A model generated the notes under the pieces. The model saw only the letters and a list, made by a program, of their open reading frames with translations. It was not told the origin of the DNA and ran no database searches. DNA of 64,000 nt. Origin: Glycera tridactyla. Taxonomy: Eukaryota. The stretch lies in NCBI GenBank assembly GCA_965644265.1, contig OZ286459.1, positions 131,316,001 to 131,380,000 on the forward strand, written 5' to 3'. How positions within the stretch are numbered: position 1 is the stretch's first letter; the number at the start of each line of letters is the position of its first letter. Shown here piece after piece: positions 62,901 to 64,000 of this stretch. Both the position numbers and the translations under genes were made by a program.

Positions 62901-63468
62901 ACTAATATGAGGAGTCAATTTCTTTATAGCAAGACCGTCTCTTGGACTTGGGAAATCCATTGGTTCAAACTTGTGAGCAGATTTGCACTTAATGGTTGTT
63001 GCATTAATAAACATTCCTTGTCTCTTGTCTCAATCGCACGAGATAGGCAATACTTAAATACATGTATGATACGTATATGTTGGGACGTTTGAAACTTTCC
63101 ATCTTCCATCATAGAAATTGAAAATTCATGATAGAGATGAATGTAACTGTATGATTTTATACGGGGGGAGGAGGGGGGGGGGGGGCAAAGGCGAATAACA
63201 ATTCACAACTTCCAGCTTAGCCAATGAGAACAGCTGGAACCTCTGCACTTCGAATTGTGATACAAATCAGTGATGTGCAGATCATCTTTGAGATTTCGAA
63301 CATCCATCCTGATCATAACTTCATTTGTTGCGTACCCTTTTCTCCAAGACGTGGACTGAGGACCCCACAGTGAAGAAGCTGGCTAATGCTCAATTTGACC
63401 ATGAAACTGACGGGAATGTAATTTTTGAGGAAAGATGTAGGGAGAATCTCGTAGTGTCTGTGGATTGA
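25604..63468 (+). CDS. SCYL2: SCY1-like pseudokinase/HEAT-repeat gene (SCYL2-type), multi-exon and partial; 5' exons not found in the window
   Basis: Phase-consistent GT-AG exons encode EIKYGILQ-IAEALSFLH...HGNVCP...WKLAG...QPDLDYMAPE...DMFALG...RPTAQ...YFDDP...HEAT region...LATKVMPTLIP, which I recognise as the SCY1-like family. Confidence 0.9.
26540..26710 (-). mobile_element. SINE-like 3' fragment, copy 2
   Basis: Second, longer copy of the 25129-25230 repeat, ending on the minus strand in CGGACGTAAATCATCCAACTATCCAAC. Confidence 0.45.
39262..39416. mobile_element. Palindromic foldback/MITE-like element
   Basis: ~70-bp near-perfect inverted arms (AGCAAGAAA.CATGGGGTGTTGTCCTGA...TGTCAGTATAATTCAC) around the spacer TCGGCCTTCGGCCTT. 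Confidence 0.85.
39580..39720 (+). CDS. SCYL2: SCYL2-like exon (IAEALSFLH...WKLAGLGFAEKPKEGK)
   Basis: TTGTAG| ... AAG|GT, 141 nt; pseudokinase subdomains VI-VII. The donor could instead be 3 nt downstream. Confidence 0.92.
40212..40433 (+). CDS. SCYL2: SCYL2-like exon (DTYRAYPW...QPDLDYMAPE...YVKRIDQ)
   Basis: TACAG| ... CAG|GTGAG, 222 nt, phase 0/0. Confidence 0.95.
41040..41520. repeat. Minisatellite, ~90-97-bp unit, ~5 copies
   Basis: GCATTCT(G/A)AA at 41095, 41191, 41281, 41371 and 41468, each followed by AAA(C/A)CGATGCCATGA-like sequence. Confidence 0.93.
44820..45070 (+). mobile_element. Decayed SINE-like relic
   Basis: CACCCAGGTGTGAATGGGTACTTGGC (44893-44918) and GTATACTCCTCAGGGAG resemble the conserved core of Deu/Nin-domain SINEs as I recall it. 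No intact tRNA head. Confidence 0.4.
46331..46447 (+). CDS. SCYL2: SCYL2-like exon (MTELFGD...RYRPTAQLFMM)
   Basis: AATAG| ... ATG|GTAAG, 117 nt; kinase subdomain XI Arg. Confidence 0.9.
47121..47246 (+). CDS. SCYL2: SCYL2-like exon (LKYFDDP...IPCFPR)
   Basis: TTCCAG| ... CGG|GTAAG, 126 nt. Confidence 0.92.
47514..47690 (+). CDS. SCYL2: SCYL2-like exon (KVLYNSVFP...GRPVQ)
   Basis: TTTCAG| ... CAG|GTAAG, 177 nt. Confidence 0.92.
47955..48077 (+). CDS. SCYL2: SCYL2-like exon (ATVYLLEKL...SIQGQ)
   Basis: TCGTAG| ... CAG|GTGAG, 123 nt; HEAT region. Confidence 0.92.
48240..48353 (+). CDS. SCYL2: SCYL2-like exon (EAAITVF...STNVR)
   Basis: TTCTAG| ... CGG|GTAAG, 114 nt. Confidence 0.92.
48741..48873 (+). 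CDS. SCYL2: SCYL2-like exon (IRLNALACIDKL...MAVI)
   Basis: TTTCAG| ... TAG|GTGAG, 133 nt, ends in phase 1. Confidence 0.92.
49345..49463 (+). CDS. SCYL2: SCYL2-like exon (GIYKHML...LATKVMPTLIPHTITPGLTLGQ)
   Basis: TTTCAG| ... CAG|GTAGG, 119 nt, phase 1/0. Confidence 0.9.
49400..50670 (+). repeat. ~81-bp tandem array (~14-15 copies) derived from the exon 3' end plus splice donor
   Basis: Units such as ACCAAGGTCATGCCAACTCTCAT...GGACTCACACTTGGACAG|GTAGGTCAC end at 49463, 49544, 49613, 49694, 49775, 49856, 49937, 50018 ... 50232, 50313, 50465. Confidence 0.95.
50786..50895 (+). CDS. SCYL2: SCYL2-like exon (FCAMMDVLQEMLEQINRQRR...GYN)
   Basis: TTTTAG| ... CAG|GTATT, 110 nt, phase 0/2. Confidence 0.88.
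50903..50978. repeat. (AT)n-(AC)n microsatellite
   Basis: Directly visible just downstream of the 50786-50895 exon. Confidence 0.95.
51778..51887 (+). CDS. Probable C-terminal exon (RKSIDMRYSVYDPPRQES...YCKYR)
   Basis: TGCAG| ... |GTAAGT, phase 2/1, open and compatible with the preceding exon. No homology support. Confidence 0.55.
58325..58567 (-). pseudogene. Decayed LINE ORF2 C-terminal fragment
   Basis: YGVHW...KQLEAVRERMTNRI resembles Y...W...LE.VQRRA.R.I. Confidence 0.35.
59560..59657 (+). CDS. Probable C-terminal exon (PSTPELQTQRASQESLLARSYRRHSSFQGLGL)
   Basis: TTACAG| ... TTG|GTGAGT, phase 1/0; phospho-site-like RRxS and STP motifs. Confidence 0.7.
61732..61917 (+). CDS. Probable C-terminal exon (EEQAVLEKIVRETQRRVSL...GPVVVP); in-frame alternative acceptor at 61672
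   Basis: CTTCAG| ... CCG|GTAAGA, 186 nt, phase 0/0. Confidence 0.75.
63349..63468 (+). CDS. Candidate terminal coding exon (TWTEDPTVKKLANAQFDHE...SVD*)
   Basis: Long pyrimidine tract and CCAAG| acceptor, phase 0, open to TGA. Confidence 0.55.
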   Translation, partial: TWTEDPTVKKLANAQFDHETDGNVIFEERCRENLVVSVD

Positions 63469-64000
63469 AGGCACTGTATCAGATTGACTGAGGCATACGT
63501 ACATCATGGCCATCCATGAAAGTGACATTGTTAGCATGGTGATGCCATTGTTTCATTGTGATTAGAATTGAATTTGATTTGACGCCATTGAGATTTTGGG
63601 ATTAGCAACCCCCCAACTGCAAATATTCAGCTGAAATCTTGATTCATTTAGATATGATAGCCTGGACATGTGATAAATCAACAATGTATGGGAAGGCACT
63701 GTTTTTATTTATCCTTTGTGATTGTCCATACATTATGAATGTACGTCCTTATTAAGGGGATTCATTTGGCCTCAGACCTGGCAATAACTCGCCTATATCA
63801 TGATCACATTTTGAGGAGTGACTCTGTGGATACGCATTATGGGCATTATCTGCATTTTATCATGAAATCGAACCACCCTGGTATCGACTCAGTGTTTTGC
63901 ATTTTCCTACCTTACATACTTGCTCCTGGATTACTCTACTCGTGGTAATATATTTACATGCATATTCGACCAATAGTTTGTGCCTTCTATAGATAGAAAC

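Noticed and set aside
1-64000. tRNA, rRNA or snRNA genes
   Set aside because: No cloverleaf with A/B boxes and no rRNA/snRNA signature was recognised.

Overview
Eukaryotic genomic DNA from an invertebrate animal. It is AT-rich, has GT-AG introns and eight N blocks, several flanked by simple repeats. The + strand carries the middle and 3' exons (25.6-63.5 kb) of a SCY1-like pseudokinase/HEAT gene of the SCYL2 type; I could not find its 5' exons in the window. Everything else is transposon-derived or repetitive: an intact CR1/L2-group LINE ORF2 (APE+RT, 974 aa, - strand), decayed CR1-group RT fragments, a decayed Penelope-like GIY-YIG element, two MITE-like inverted-repeat elements, SINE-like relics and several mini/microsatellites. 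Upstream of ORF2 on the same strand lie an SGNH-hydrolase ORF (apparently intron-split), a basic ORF, and a triplicated hairpin with a compensatory base-pair change. The most notable items are: (1) this multi-ORF LINE-associated cassette and its repeated RNA structure; (2) an ~81-bp tandem array built from an SCYL2 exon end plus its splice donor; (3) a tandem-duplicated SCYL2 exon carrying a stop codon; (4) several hammerhead-ribozyme-like motifs. No rRNA, tRNA or CRISPR array is supported. All calls come from manual reading; no searches were run.
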